The notes below the pieces were generated by a model. It worked only from the letters and a program-made list of their open reading frames with translations, ran no database searches and was not told where the DNA came from. Below are positions 52,401-63,400 of a stretch of 64,000 nucleotides of DNA, piece by piece. Made by a program: the position numbers and the translations under genes. Where the stretch lies: positions 62,001 to 126,000 of the forward strand of contig OZ025698.1 of the NCBI GenBank assembly GCA_964019335.1, in the 5' to 3' direction. This stretch comes from Diplonema japonicum (Eukaryota > Protista > Euglenozoa: Diplonemea). Position 1 is the first letter of the stretch, and the number at the start of each line of letters is the position of its first letter.

Positions 52401-53775
52401 GAGTGGCTCCGGAGGGTACAAGCTCCTAGCTGAGGCAGGACTGCTTCCCCTCGAAAGAATGGCGGAGGGTGCTGCGGCGACGATGACGGCGAAGGCCTTC
52501 TGCTGGCAGTCTTCCCCGGTTCACAGGGAGACGGTCAAGCTGAAGCAGGCGAACAGGCTGGGGTGTGGGTGGCTGCGCTCTGGCTACCAAGCACTGCGTC
52601 GATGCGGGTTGGAACCAAAGGTGCACTTCGAGTACCTGTCGGCTACGCCCCTGGCGGCCCCGTGGCAGACAGGCATGGTCGACTTCAGGACTGACCTCCC
52701 CGGCGGGGTCACGCGATCGTCGCCAGACGCGGACAGGCGGAAGGCGGCCGAGGCTGCTCTTGCGGCTCTCCCCCCGGGCATCCATGCCTACACGGATGGC
52801 TCGGTTGTACAGGTCGGACAGAAGGCGAAAGGTGGCTCTGGGGTTTATCTGCAGCTGCCTCCCCCCCTGACCCCTGTGTCTGTGTGCCATGGCGTCAACG
52901 ACTTCTGTTCATCTTTTCGGGCAGAGGGCATGGCTGTGAAAACGGCGCTGGATATGGTGGCTACCCTCCGAAAAACACACCCTTCGCTGGCGAAGTCCCC
53001 GCTGTCGATCTGCACCGACTCCCTCTCCCTCGTCGAGCAGCTGCGAGCTGGCCCAACGCGACAGAGGGAGAAGCTCGACCACCAGACGTGGAGCCGGCTG
53101 GTGTCCGCGGCGCGCACGCAGGGGACACCGGTGGTCCTCCAGTTTGTGCCCTCCCACTGTGGGGTGGACGGGAACGAGAAGGCTGACGCTCTGGCCGGGG
53201 AGGGAACGAAGCGGAAGCAGGACAGGCCCTCCCTTGACTACCGATCAGTGAGGGCCCTGGTGCGACGGTGGGTGGTGCGGAGGTCCACGGAGCTCATAAC
53301 ATCCCTCGCCCACAACTACGCGGTGGCGACCGAGCTTCGGTCTGCGCACTTCCCCCTTGGCTTCCCCAGACAAGCTGAAACGGTCATCTCGCGGCTGCGG
53401 ATTGGTCACTCGGCTCTCTTCTTCGGCTTCCTGCAGACTGCTGGCCCGAACAGGAAGCACAAGGGTGTGCTCCGGTGCCCAGCCTGCCACGCAGCACCGA
53501 TGTCCAGGGAGCATGTTGTCGGTGGGTGCCCTGTGATCGGGAGGGGGGCGATCGACACTCCTGCTGGTACTCCCTCCCTAGCGTTCTCCCTGTCGAGACG
53601 CGTGACCCAGATCTACGACCTCATTGTTGAGTCTGGCCTGCTCGCCTGGTCACGCTCCGGACTGTTCACCTCGCCATCATCCCTGGCGTCTACAGACGTC
53701 ACTGCACCTTCAAACGTGCCGCCTCCTCCTCCGGTCTCTCTTGACGCCGGTCCCGCGGCCCCCGTGCTGCGCTAA
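49486..53775 (+). CDS. A2 ORF2: linker + 2A-like motif - APE - RT - RNase H - CCHC (first ATG 49627)
   Basis: Near-identical to A1 ORF2; intact. Confidence 0.92.
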   Translation, partial: RGPAEQGGQQIYDHAPSPSLPRILPRRLLPLCFFTDFSALIPTLLGRMSVRDLLGLLGLVETNPGPPKKLPPPSPKGLKVVSWNCNGLVAKWTVVSRHADFLSLDIIMIQETHLREGHDTPHLPGYRSYRRDRLTPVTDGTATRGGGIVTYVRDDLASEEVPHVLPAGDCVTERLDVRISCEKREPITLSNVYLTPVSASRGTRDPEYLRPGSLPMGKNTVIAGDFNAHHSSWDATVTTPNERGNVVRDWLDTHGYTVYNDRNEPTRDSSRHVLDLVVGRCAKLEPKTLGTWGSDHSPVSFHLPLEDVYRSERPFPTWNFKKARWDDYTAAVARLLAGVDTADPIDSVTKGFTQALLTAANDHIPLCGMRRGPTPWWTAELEDAFEERNTLRELLLQEADVVEEYRAKVKEVNRLLDETKREAWGRMAADLSRSKDLGAAFRAVKKLDGRHRKTHLPVLEGRFVSDKAKADRLGAHFAKLYGRRGDGNSKDAAPSASRLGCQAFTVDDLTRGLRRMKTRSAAGEDGIFSEMLLHLNSDSLGVLLLLLNRSWLMGVVPGAWKKGVIVPVPKPGKDATLLASYRPICLTSCLCKLLERMIEERLTFLLDADGTGVEGLHDSQAGFRRGRSTEEQVATLTECMSRNKDDRRLSAALLFDFSSAFDLVPHGALLDKMRGKGLPEPFVEWTRSFLCGRTAAVTIGRSRGSTTKVRRGVPQGSVLGPILYTIYVDELARRLEGLADVSVLYADDVAVVISSGQGDVAGLERKAQAVVDAVEDWCRERDMLLSTSKTQAVCVPPQKRLGVYFTSSRVPLQPGAFQNPLFGLGVNADGTISGDQELAGLQVVEAGGVRIRCVRDMHAAVRRPDVDYVAARPLPLSEHARYLGVTVDSGLTFGEHAQDILRRASKRLRVLKLLSGTSWGSKRDTLRSLYVTYILPLLRYCMGVYYSRLDDVGRKDLAGLHQEAAVLITGCWSGSGGYKLLAEAGLLPLERMAEGAAATMTAKAFCWQSSPVHRETVKLKQANRLGCGWLRSGYQALRRCGLEPKVHFEYLSATPLAAPWQTGMVDFRTDLPGGVTRSSPDADRRKAAEAALAALPPGIHAYTDGSVVQVGQKAKGGSGVYLQLPPPLTPVSVCHGVNDFCSSFRAEGMAVKTALDMVATLRKTHPSLAKSPLSICTDSLSLVEQLRAGPTRQREKLDHQTWSRLVSAARTQGTPVVLQFVPSHCGVDGNEKADALAGEGTKRKQDRPSLDYRSVRALVRRWVVRRSTELITSLAHNYAVATELRSAHFPLGFPRQAETVISRLRIGHSALFFGFLQTAGPNRKHKGVLRCPACHAAPMSREHVVGGCPVIGRGAIDTPAGTPSLAFSLSRRVTQIYDLIVESGLLAWSRSGLFTSPSSLASTDVTAPSNVPPPPPVSLDAGPAAPVLR

Positions 53776-54222
53776 GGGATCGCCCCGTGTGTGTGTGTTA
53801 AATGGAATGTTGTGTTTCCCACTTTCCTTTCCCTTCCCTTCCTTTCCCTTCCCTTCCCTTCCTTTCCCTTCCTTCTCCTTCCTCTCACTGTTTCCCATTT
53901 CCCCTTTTATTTCACACTCACCAATGATTCGCTCAATAGGAGCAATACCTCCCTGGGGGGCTTTCCGCCGGAGGTTCCAGCCAAAGAAGGACATCCAGCT
54001 GGAAGGTAGGCCCCCGTTTTTCTCTCACTTGACTGAGGGAATAATGTAATTCAGCCCTCTTCGGCTGTCCCAAAGCAGAGCACGGGTTGGTGGGGGACCA
54101 GGGCTCCTCCTGCTTGCAGAAGCCTGGTCCTTTGCCCTCCCTATTTCCCCATGGTTTCCCTTCACCTTTTTTTCCCTTTTCTCAGGTGTTGCTCTCCATG
54201 GCGGCCCTGCATTGGTATTTTG

Positions 54223-54255
<33 letters not shown>

Positions 54256-54258
54256 AGG

Positions 54259-54329
54259 GCGTAAATGGTCTAGTGGTAGAATGGCTCCCTGCCACGGAGT
54301 CGGCCCGGGTTCGATTCCCGGTTTACGCA
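54259..54329 (+). tRNA. tRNA-Gly (GCC)
   Basis: Acceptor stem GCGTAAA/TTTACGC plus A; D-loop TAGTGGTA; anticodon arm GCTCC-CTGCCAC-GGAGT; T arm CCGGG-TTCGATT-CCCGG; T-run terminator immediately downstream. Confidence 0.97.
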
Positions 54330-55619
54330 TATTTTTTGGTTTGGTTGTGTAAAGTCATAATCGTAATGAAAAAATAAATAGTGCTTCTCTCGATGTCAAC
54401 AAAGGTACCTCGCGCTCCTTTCCCGTTCTTGTCCTCCACGTAGGTGACACCACCCTAGGTGTCCGCTGCGTCTACGTTCTTCGCATCCTTGAAGAACGAA
54501 GCGGGTGTTTGGAAGAGGTTCTGTCTGCTCCCCTTGTACGGTGTGCTATTCTTCCCGTTTTCCGTCACCGAGTCGAAATTCGGTCAGCTTTCGCAAAGTA
54601 CTCGATGTTGTACGGGTTCCACTTCGTGAGCGGGGTGAGGTATATCATCTCCAACTGGATGGCGTATCGCCGCTCCCAGCATTTCTTGTAGACGCATTTC
54701 CCTTTTGCCCACACACTTCGCCTCCACGGTCCCTCCGTCCAGCTCTGCCTTGTCCCAGTGAGCGTATTTAGAGCATGCGCCCTGGGACTTCAGCCCTCCG
54801 CATTCCGTTGTGCGATCCTTGTCGCCTGCGATGCTCGTGCCAGCGGAGCTGTCTCATGCGTGGTTTGTGCTGCGAACAGGAAGTCATTGAAGGAACGCTT
54901 CTTCAGTCCGTCCCATCGCGTAGTAGTAGCGGCTGTACTTCGCTGTGTTCAACACCTGGCCTCCTTCGTACTCTCCACATGTCGACCCGAAGGCTGTGTC
55001 CAGTAGGTTTCCGTTAGGACCGTCGAAACCGGGGAGCTGCCCCATCAGCGAAGTCGATGTACTCGTAGTTTCACGTCGAACATCGCACGCTTTGTCTTTC
55101 CTGTCATCTCACGCGTAGCAACAATCTTTGACTGGGTTGTAGGCATTTACGGAAAAAAGAGCAGCCAAAAGTGGGCAAATTGGGAGAAAAAAATAGTCCA
55201 ACTTAGAACTGAGCCGAGGCAAATTGGGCTGAACCTGAGGGAAATCGGCAAACTGAGAGGAAAAAGTCTCCGTTCTGCGTACTCCGTCATGTCCTTCATG
55301 TTCTTCGCCACAGCCACGAGAGACAGCCTCGCCTTTAGGTTCGCTATGTTCTTGTTCACCGTTCATCTCTCCTCCGGAGCACCGTGTTCCAGGGTAGCTG
55401 AAATGGTTTTAAGTTAGAATAGAGAAGCGAAGTAGCCCACGCCAAGCCGAACACGCGGAGACCTCCTTATCTCGCTTACCGCTTGCTGGGCGGGTCCTTG
55501 TGCAGCTTTACTTCCTCCTCTCTCCTGTCGCTGCCTTGCCACTTCTTGCAACGTTGTATTTAAGATATTTTGTTCAACGCCCCTTCCTTTCTTATCGGTT
55601 CTTTCTCGTATACTCGCTG

Positions 55620-56050
55620 TAGTACGGTCACTCCGTGCCTTCCCTTGTCTCTGCTGCCGAAAAAGCGGAAAGTTGTTGCCTTCTTAGATCGGCAGCGGGG
55701 CTCGCCAGCGAAGGCGCGTTATTCGGAGGGCGGCCACCTTCAGCGCCGTTTTCACAGCCAGACGAACAGAAGTCATTGCGAAGCCGTTTTCGACCCAATT
55801 GCATGTCCAGGGCGTGCACTCACTTCCTGCCCTGGTCGCAGCCCCCCTCGACACAGGGGTTGCGATCCCGTGTCTGCTGGTCACGACTCGACGTGGCACT
55901 ACGCATCCCGCCAGGAACAGGGCTTTCTGCTGCAAACCCAAGGGTTCGGGGACAAGTCCTATCCGACCGGCAGCCCTGCTCGCTGACTTTGTGGGGGCCG
56001 GGGCCCTTTATCAGTCGACTGCCCTGCATTCCTACAAGTAGGAACAATTG
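55620..56050 (-). pseudogene. Decayed family A/B-related RNase H-region fragment
   Basis: Minus strand reads ...LAVKTALKVAALR..., with nucleotide similarity to A ORF2 (cagcgccgttttcacagcc, gaacagaagtc) and many indels. Confidence 0.6.
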
Positions 56051-56602
56051 GAAACAACCCTACAATGTAGGAGTGCCAGCCCGGCGTGCTACGAGGGCGA
56101 TAGGCTATGCAAGGCTTCACAGACCTCGCATCCTATGATTTAGTTTCCACCTTTTCCATTTTCTTTCCACTTTTTAAACTTTTTATTCCCTTTCGTGGGA
56201 TTCCTTTTCCTACATGTTTTCGGTCCCGGGTATGACGTTAAACTGCGCCCGCCGACGCGTCTGGACCAGCACTTCCTGGCGACCAGGCCGTCTTTTTTCT
56301 TTTCCTTTTTCACTTCGTTCTGTTATTTTCATTATTCCTTCCGACGATAGACTGATACGAGCCATGGAAGCAACCTCTGCTTAATTCCTGTTACGTGGGA
56401 GGCTCCTCTTGAGGATGTCAGTCACCTTTATTTTTTTATTCGACTCTCTGTTTTCGTATGCAGTATTTATCCTTTTTCGCCTTTTTTATTTTACTTTTTC
56501 GCTTCTTTATTCTAACTTGCAGCATCATTTCAGATGCCTGTGGAGTGATATTTTTTCCTCCTCTCTTTTCACTCTTCGTCATTTTCTTCACTCACTAGGG
56601 GC

Positions 56603-57675
56603 CAAGCCCCATAATTTAACGCGAAAAGCTCATAATTTAACGCGAAATCGCCGTAATTTAACTACTGTAAAACGAAAAACTCCCGGACGGAAAAATGTCC
56701 CCAGTTTTTTTGGTGTCCGGGAGTTTTTCCGTCCGGGAGCTTTTCCTGTAAGGTCGTCAGGGGGCCTGGTCCACTACCACCTACATACTGGCCTGGGCTG
56801 CAAACGGCAACCGCGCGAAGAAACCGCCACCAAACCACTGGGTATCTGGGTCATGTGTTTCGTGTCCGTATTATCCCTGGAAGAAGATACCGTGTGGGCA
56901 TAAAGCTCAAGATAAAACTGATTGATAAAAGGCAAAAAGAAAAGAAAAAAAAGGGGGGGTAGAGCTATCTACTGTGCTACCTTGCCTCCGGGTTTGGCCG
57001 CTGCCTTCTTGCCTGCGGGCTTAGCTGCTGCCTTCTTGCTTGCGGGCTTAGCTGCTGCCTTCTTGCCTGTGGGCTTAGCTGCTGCCTTCTTTCTTGCAGG
57101 CTTAGCTGTTGCCTTCTTGGCGGCCCTCCTGGCGGCAGCGTCATCCAGCCGTTGCTGGGTGAGACTGGCGAGTATCTCCACTGACGAGTCTGAAGAAACG
57201 GAAAAGGTTTCTTCGGTTATCGTCGAGGCGGCGGACACGGTGGTCGTGTCGGAAGATGCATCTACGCCGATGACTTCCACACGTCCATGCTCCATGTCCT
57301 GGGCAAACCTGGCATATAGGCGTATACTCGTCTTCCTCCTCTTCCCAGACCTCCTCCCAGCCCCAGTCCTCTTCCCACTCTTCCTCCCATGTTTTTCCAA
57401 CAGCCAGCACACACGCAACACCGGCGTATGCAGCAAGTACCGAAAACTCCCAAATTGGGCTCCATCCGGGTTCCAGGTAGTGGCCAAAACAGGAAGCCCA
57501 GCTGTTCCTGATCGACTGGCCGGAGACAGCATCCCAGGCTGTTTCGACCCACCTAGGAAAAAACAGGAAAAATGTCCGGGTTTTTTTGGTGTCCGGGAGT
57601 TTTTCCGTCCGGGAATTTTTCCGTCCGACATTATTCGTTTTACAGTAGTTAAATTATGAGATTTTCTGGGGCTTC
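56603..57675. mobile_element. Putative non-autonomous DNA element with imperfect terminal inverted repeats and subterminal GGGAGTTTTTCCGTCC repeats
   Basis: taatttaactactgtaaaacgaa (~56654-56676) is the reverse complement of ttcgttttacagtagttaaatta (~57635-57657); aagcccc/ggggctt at the outer ends; a ~50-bp direct repeat at ~56692 and ~57568. Confidence 0.55.
56969..57294 (-). CDS. Small basic ORF with histone-H1-like KKAAAKP repeats (24-bp tandem repeat)
   Basis: KKATAKPARKKAAAKPTGKKAAAKPASKKAAAKPAGKKAAAKP; start codon and expression uncertain. Confidence 0.35.
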
Positions 57676-57818
57676 AGAGGGAAAAAATGGGTCTTGTCGT
57701 GGAAAGAAATGTGTCGCCCGCATGTGTACGGGGTATTTTGACTATTTTTGGCCCCACTCGGCCCCAGCCCCTTGGAAGGAGTGAAAAAATGTTGTGAGCA
57801 TTTAACCAAACCAAAAAA

Positions 57819-57889
57819 TGCGTAAACCGGGAATCGAACCCGGGCCGACTCCGTGGCAGGGAGCCATTCTACCACTAGACCATTTACGC
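57819..57889 (-). tRNA. tRNA-Gly (GCC), identical to 54259-54329
   Basis: Exact reverse complement of the first copy, followed on the minus strand by the TTTTTT terminator and the same ggtttggtt flank. Confidence 0.97.
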
Positions 57890-57890
57890 C

Positions 57891-59820
57891 TTTTTTTTTT
57901 TTTTTTTTCAAAATACCAATGCAGGGCCGCCATGGAGAGCAACACCTGAGAAAAGGGAAAAAAAAGGTGAAGGGAAACCATGGGGAAATAGGGAGGGCAA
58001 TGGACCAGGCTTCTGCAAGCAGGAGGAGCCCTGGTCCCCCACCAACCCGTGCTCTGCTTTGGGACAGCCGAAGAGGGCTGAATTACATTATTCCCTCAGT
58101 CAAGTGAGAGAAAAACGGGGGCCTACCTTCCAGCTGGATGTCCTTCTTTGGCTGGAACCTCCGGCGGAAAGCCCCCCAGGGAGGTATTGCTCCTATTGAG
58201 CGAATCATTAAAAAAAGGGGAAATGGGAAACAGTGAGAGGAAGGGGAAGGAAGGGAAAGGAAGGGAAAGGAAAGTGGAAAACACAACATTTCACTTTACA
58301 CACACGCGGGGCGATCCCTTAGCGCAGCACGGGGGCCGCGGGACCGGCGTCAAGAGAGACCGGAGGAGGGGGCGGCACGTTTGAAGGTGCAGTGACGTCT
58401 GTAGACGCCAGGGATGATGGCGAGGTGAACAGTCCGGAGCGTGACCAGGCGAGCAGGCCAGACTCAACAACGAGGTCGTAGATCTGGGTTACGCGTCTCG
58501 ACAGGGAGAAGGCTAGGGAGGGAGTACCAGCAGGAGTGTCGATCGCCCCCCTCCCGATCACAGGGCACCCACCGACAACATGCTCCCTGGACATCGGTGC
58601 TGCGTGGCAGGCTGGGCACCGGAGCACACCCTTGTGCTTCCTGTTCGGGCCAGCAGTCTGCAGGAAGCCGAAGAAGAGAGCCGAGTGACCAATCCGCAGC
58701 CGCGAGATGACCGTTTCAGCTTGTCTGGGGAAGCCAAGGGGGAAGTGCGCGGACCGAAGCTCGGTCGCCACCGCGTAGTTGTGGGCGAGGGATGTTATGA
58801 GCTCCGCGGACCTCCGCACCACCCACCGTCGCACCAGGGCCCTCACTGATCGGTAGTCAAGGGAGGGCCTGTCCTGCTTCCGCTTCGTTCCCTCCACGGC
58901 CAGAGCGTCAGCCTTCTCGTTCCCGTCCACCCCACAGTGGGAGGGCACAAACTGGAGGACCACCGGTGTCCCCTGCGTGCGCGCCGCGGTCACCAGCCGG
59001 CTCCACGTCTGGTGGTCGAGCTTCTCCCTCTGTCGCGTTGGGCCAGCTCGCAGCTGCTCGACGAGGGAGAGGGAGTCGGTGCAGATCGACAGCGGGGACT
59101 TCGCCAGCGAAGGGTGTGTTTTTCGGAGGGTAGCCACCATATCCAGCGCCGTTTTCACAGCCATGCCCTCTGCCCGAAAAGATGAACAGAAGTCGTTGAC
59201 GCCATGGCACACAGACACAGGGGTCAGGGGGGGAGGCAGCTGCAGATAAACCCCAGAGCCACCTTTCGCCTTCTGTCCGACCTGTACAACCGAGCCATCC
59301 GTGTAGGCATGGATGCCCGGGGGGAGAGCCGCAAGAGCAGCCTCGGCCGCCTTCCGCCTGTCCGCGTCTGGCGACGATCGCGTGACCCCGCCGGGGAGGT
59401 CAGTCCTGAAGTCGACCATGCCTGTCTGCCACGGGGCCGCCAGGGGCGTAGCCGACAGGTACTCGAAGTGCACCTTTGGTTCCAACCCGCATCGACGCAG
59501 TGCTTGGTAGCCAGAGCGCAGCCACCCACACCCCAGCCTGTTCGCCTGCTTCAGCTTGACCGTCTCCCTGTGAACCGGGGAAGACTGCCAGCAGAAGGCC
59601 TTCGCCGTCATCGTCGCCGCAGCACCCTCAGCCATTCTTTCGAGGGGAAGCAGTCCTGCCTCAGCTAGGAGCTTGTACCCTCCGGAGCCACTCCAGCAGC
59701 CCGTGATCAGCACCGCCGCCTCCTGGTGAAGCCCAGCCAGGTCCTTCCTCCCGACATCATCGAGCCTGCTGTAGTAGACCCCCATGCAGTAGCGCAGCAG
59801 CGGGAGGATGTACGTAACGT
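57891..59820 (-). mobile_element. 5'-truncated family A copy (RT C-terminus, RNase H, CCHC, 3' UTR, poly(A)) abutting the second tRNA-Gly
   Basis: Near-identical to A1 from ~36569 onward; poly(A) ends 1 nt before tRNA +1. Confidence 0.95.
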
Positions 59821-60362
59821 TGTTTTTTTTTTTATAATAATAATAATAAATGAACCACTGACGTGCGAAGCAAAGGCTGGGGGGGGGGACAGAACAGGTG
59901 GACCAAGGGTCTCCCTGTATCTAACGAAAGGGGGAAAGGAAAGGAATGTGATAACCTTGAAACTTCCGCTAAACTATCCATACGTACCGAGGACGGAGGT
60001 GGGGCCGGTTCGTGGGCTCCAGTGTTCGCGACTTCGCCCACCTCCGTGACCCCGGCAGCTCTCCAGCCCGCTTCCCAAGCCAGCACCCTTCGGGCGAACC
60101 TCCGGGTTTTTGAGGAGTGGGGTACCTCGTCCGTGCTCGCCCTCACGAGCGGCACACTGGCACGGAGGCATCCCCTTCAGCCAGCTTTGTTGGGCGGCAG
60201 AGCCTTAGAAAATTCAAAACAAAGGGAAATGATACGGGGGGATGTGTGAAGGGGCGGGGAAAGGTGAAGACAGAAGTTGGGGTGCACGACAGGGTGATAA
60301 TGGGAAACACAGGGGGAGGGGGAGAGGGTTCACTAGTACTTTTTGGTTCACTTTTTTCTGTT

Positions 60363-60398
<36 letters not shown>

Positions 60399-60443
60399 CT
60401 ACGTCCTGCGATTGCGGTCAGCGGCTCGGCGGTCGTGAGAGTC

Positions 60444-63400
60444 TCAGATGAGGTCCATCCTCTTCAGGTAGGAGGCGGTTTCACTCACCCTCATTGTGAG
60501 CATCTCCTTCGTGGTCGTGGGGATGTCATCCCCGAAGATCTCTTCGCGGACCTTGTCTCCAGCTGGGCACCCGATCAGCAGATGGTGTCTGTCCTGGATC
60601 GAATGGCACGAGAGGCAACGTATGTCATTCTGGACGGGTTTCGACAGGAAACCGCAAGTCAGGTGGCTCCTGCCCGTTCGCAGTCTCGTTATCTGTACCT
60701 CATCGTGTCTGCAGGACAGTTCCTTCAAGGGGAGGTACCTCGCGCCGATCTCCTCTCGGTACTTCTTGTCCCGACCCGTCTTCTCCCACGAGGCTGCCCA
60801 GTCGCGGTTCACCGATCTCTTGATGAGGCTCTTTGTGGTCATCAGGTCCGTCGGTCCGTCCGGTGTCGACTCCTTTGCGGCGCGTTTGGCGTGTCGGTCG
60901 GCTTGCTCGTTACCTGGTAGGCCGCAGTGTCCGGGAACGTACTGGATGATGGTGGAGAGGCCTTGGCGGTCAAGCGCGTCCAGCCATTTCCAAGCCAGCA
61001 GTTCCTCCTTCTGCCTCATCTCTCTGTGGCCCTGCATCAGTCTTCTGATCACCGACTGGGAGTCCGAGCACAGCAGCACTACTCCGGTCGTCACACCTTG
61101 TCTCCGGGTATGGTACAGTGTCAATTGCAGCCCCAGGTTCAGCGCTTTCAGTTCGCATCGGTAGGCCGAAGTCACTGCTCCTCCGCTCTTGCGTGCCTGC
61201 TTCGGTGTGTCAGACCCGATCCTTATCACAGCTGCCGAACCGCCGTTCCTGTGTCCGGTGACTGACCCGTCGGTGTAGACGATCGCATCTGGGATGCCGT
61301 GCCTCCTGATCGATTCGAAGGCCGCTCGGAGTTTGAGACTTTTTTCGTCCTTCTTGTGTACCTTGCGGACTAGGTCGGGGTGGAACAGGACTTTGGGTTG
61401 GACCCATGGAGGGAGCTGCAGGTCTGCGCTCTGAGTGACTGAGTGGTGTGGTAGGTCTTCGCGTTCCGGCATCCCGTGACTCTTCGCCAAGTCGAGCGCG
61501 GTGTTTCGCCAGCTTTTCCCGTACCACATCTGACCCCCGGATATCTTTGTTGCCTTCTCCGCTGTTGTCCCCGGTTGACGCTGTGCCTTCTCGTAGAGCA
61601 CCAGGGTGTCGTGTTCCAGCAAGGATTCAATCTCCCAGATGCCCGCCTCTGACCTGGTCACCGTCGCGGAAGTCTTGTCGAAGCATCCCGTTATCAACCT
61701 CGCTGCTGTGTATTGTAGCGAGTCGAACTCGGCCAGAGCAGCATGTCCCACGAAGTTGCCGTAAGCACCGAGACAGTAGCGCAGAACCGGTTGGACGTAC
61801 GTCAGGTACAGCGTCCTTAGGGTGTGCTTGCGGCAGCCCCACCTTGTTCCGGCGAGTTTGCGCAGCAGGCGAAGACGGCTGTTGATCTTTCCCTTCACCT
61901 TCTGCACATGCTCGTGGAAGTTCATGCTTTCGTCGAAGGTGACGCCAAGATATTTAGCCTCGCGTACCACCTTGACTTTCGCCCCACTCGAGGGGAAGCG
62001 GGCGTTGATGAGGTTTGCGAGACTGTCGTGCGAGTTCCAGAACTGTCCCTCTACCGGCATGAACTCTGTCTTTTCCTGGGACAGTTTCATCGAGAACGTC
62101 TCGCACCATCGCTCCGTGAGGCTCACCGCGCGTTGCACCTTCTTGTTCAGCTCGGCAGGACTCCCCGCCTCCAGCACTATCGCTATGTCGTCTGCGTACA
62201 CTACCGCGTCGATTCCAGCCTTCCTGTACAACCTGGCCAGGTCGTTGACGTAGATGGAAAAGAGCTGCGGGGCCAGGATGGTGCCTTGGGGTACGCCCCC
62301 TGTCATTGTCTTCACGCAGCCGTGTTCCCCGTTCACACAGACGGAGGCTTTACGTTGGTCGAGGAAAGAGGTGATCCATTTCACGAGCTTGGGAGGGTAT
62401 CCGTCGCCTATCAGCTTTGCGATCACTCCCTTGTGCCAGACTGTGTCGAAGGCTCCTTTGAAGTCGAACAGCAGGAGACCCCCCAGACCTTGGCTCAGTC
62501 TGACACTTTTGAGCTTTGAGGCGGCGTACAGCACGTTTTCCTCCGTGGACCTCCCTTTCCGGAAACCCGCCTGCGATGTGTGCAATTGCCTTACCCGTCC
62601 TGTGTCCTGCAGGGAGCACATCCTGTCCTTGACTATTCGCTCCAACGTCTTCACGATGTTTGACGTCAGCGCGATCGGCCTGTACGAGGCGGGTTCGGAT
62701 TGGTCTTTGCCCTTTTTCATGAGGGGGATGATGGAAGACCGCCTCCATTCGGCAGGGACGACACCGGTCTGGAGGGATGAGTTGTAGAGGAGGAGTTGAA
62801 CTTCCCTGGCCACCGGTCCCAGGTACTTCAGCATTTCGTTGTAGATGCCGTCTGGGCCCGGAGCCTTGCCCTTCTTCAGCCTTCGCAGCACCGAGTCCAG
62901 CTCGTCCTTCGTTACCAGGGGGAAGTCGTTGTCTGTCCCGGGCTTCGCGTCCTTCTTGATGGTGGTGATCACTTCCTCCGACTTGGCAGTCGTCCTTGGG
63001 GAGCAGGCCCTCGCGTAGTGTTCGACGAGTACACTGGCCTTCTCCCTGTCGGTGGTGGCGATACCGTTTCCTCGTCGGAGCGGGGCTATTGGTGGCTTCT
63101 CGCTGCGACCGTCGAATCTGCGGATGACCGAGAAGGCTTGCGTCAGGTTTCCGTCCTTGGACAACTTCTTGGTGTAGTCGCCCCAGGCAGCCTGCTTCCC
63201 GCTCGTTATCGCCCTGTCCAGCTCAGCCTCCATCGCCGCTAGACGTGCCAGGTCTTCGTCGTTCCCGTCGTGATCCTCGGACAACAGCTTCGCCTTCAGT
63301 GTGCTTCGTCGCCTTGCGAGTGCGTCAATCTCGTCGTTCCACCAAACCTTCCCTTTCTTCTGTCCTTTCCTGGGGACGCACGATTCGGTTGCCGATAGAA

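Larger units (their letters stand above)
46538..54254 (+). mobile_element. Full-length family A copy 2 (A2), abutting tRNA-Gly; TSD (A)nCAGGGCG
   Basis: cagggcg at 46531-46537 and at 54255-54261, each preceded by an A-run. Confidence 0.95.

Noticed and set aside
56610-56760. CRISPR array
   Set aside because: Eukaryotic context, irregular short repeats without unique spacers, and no cas genes.
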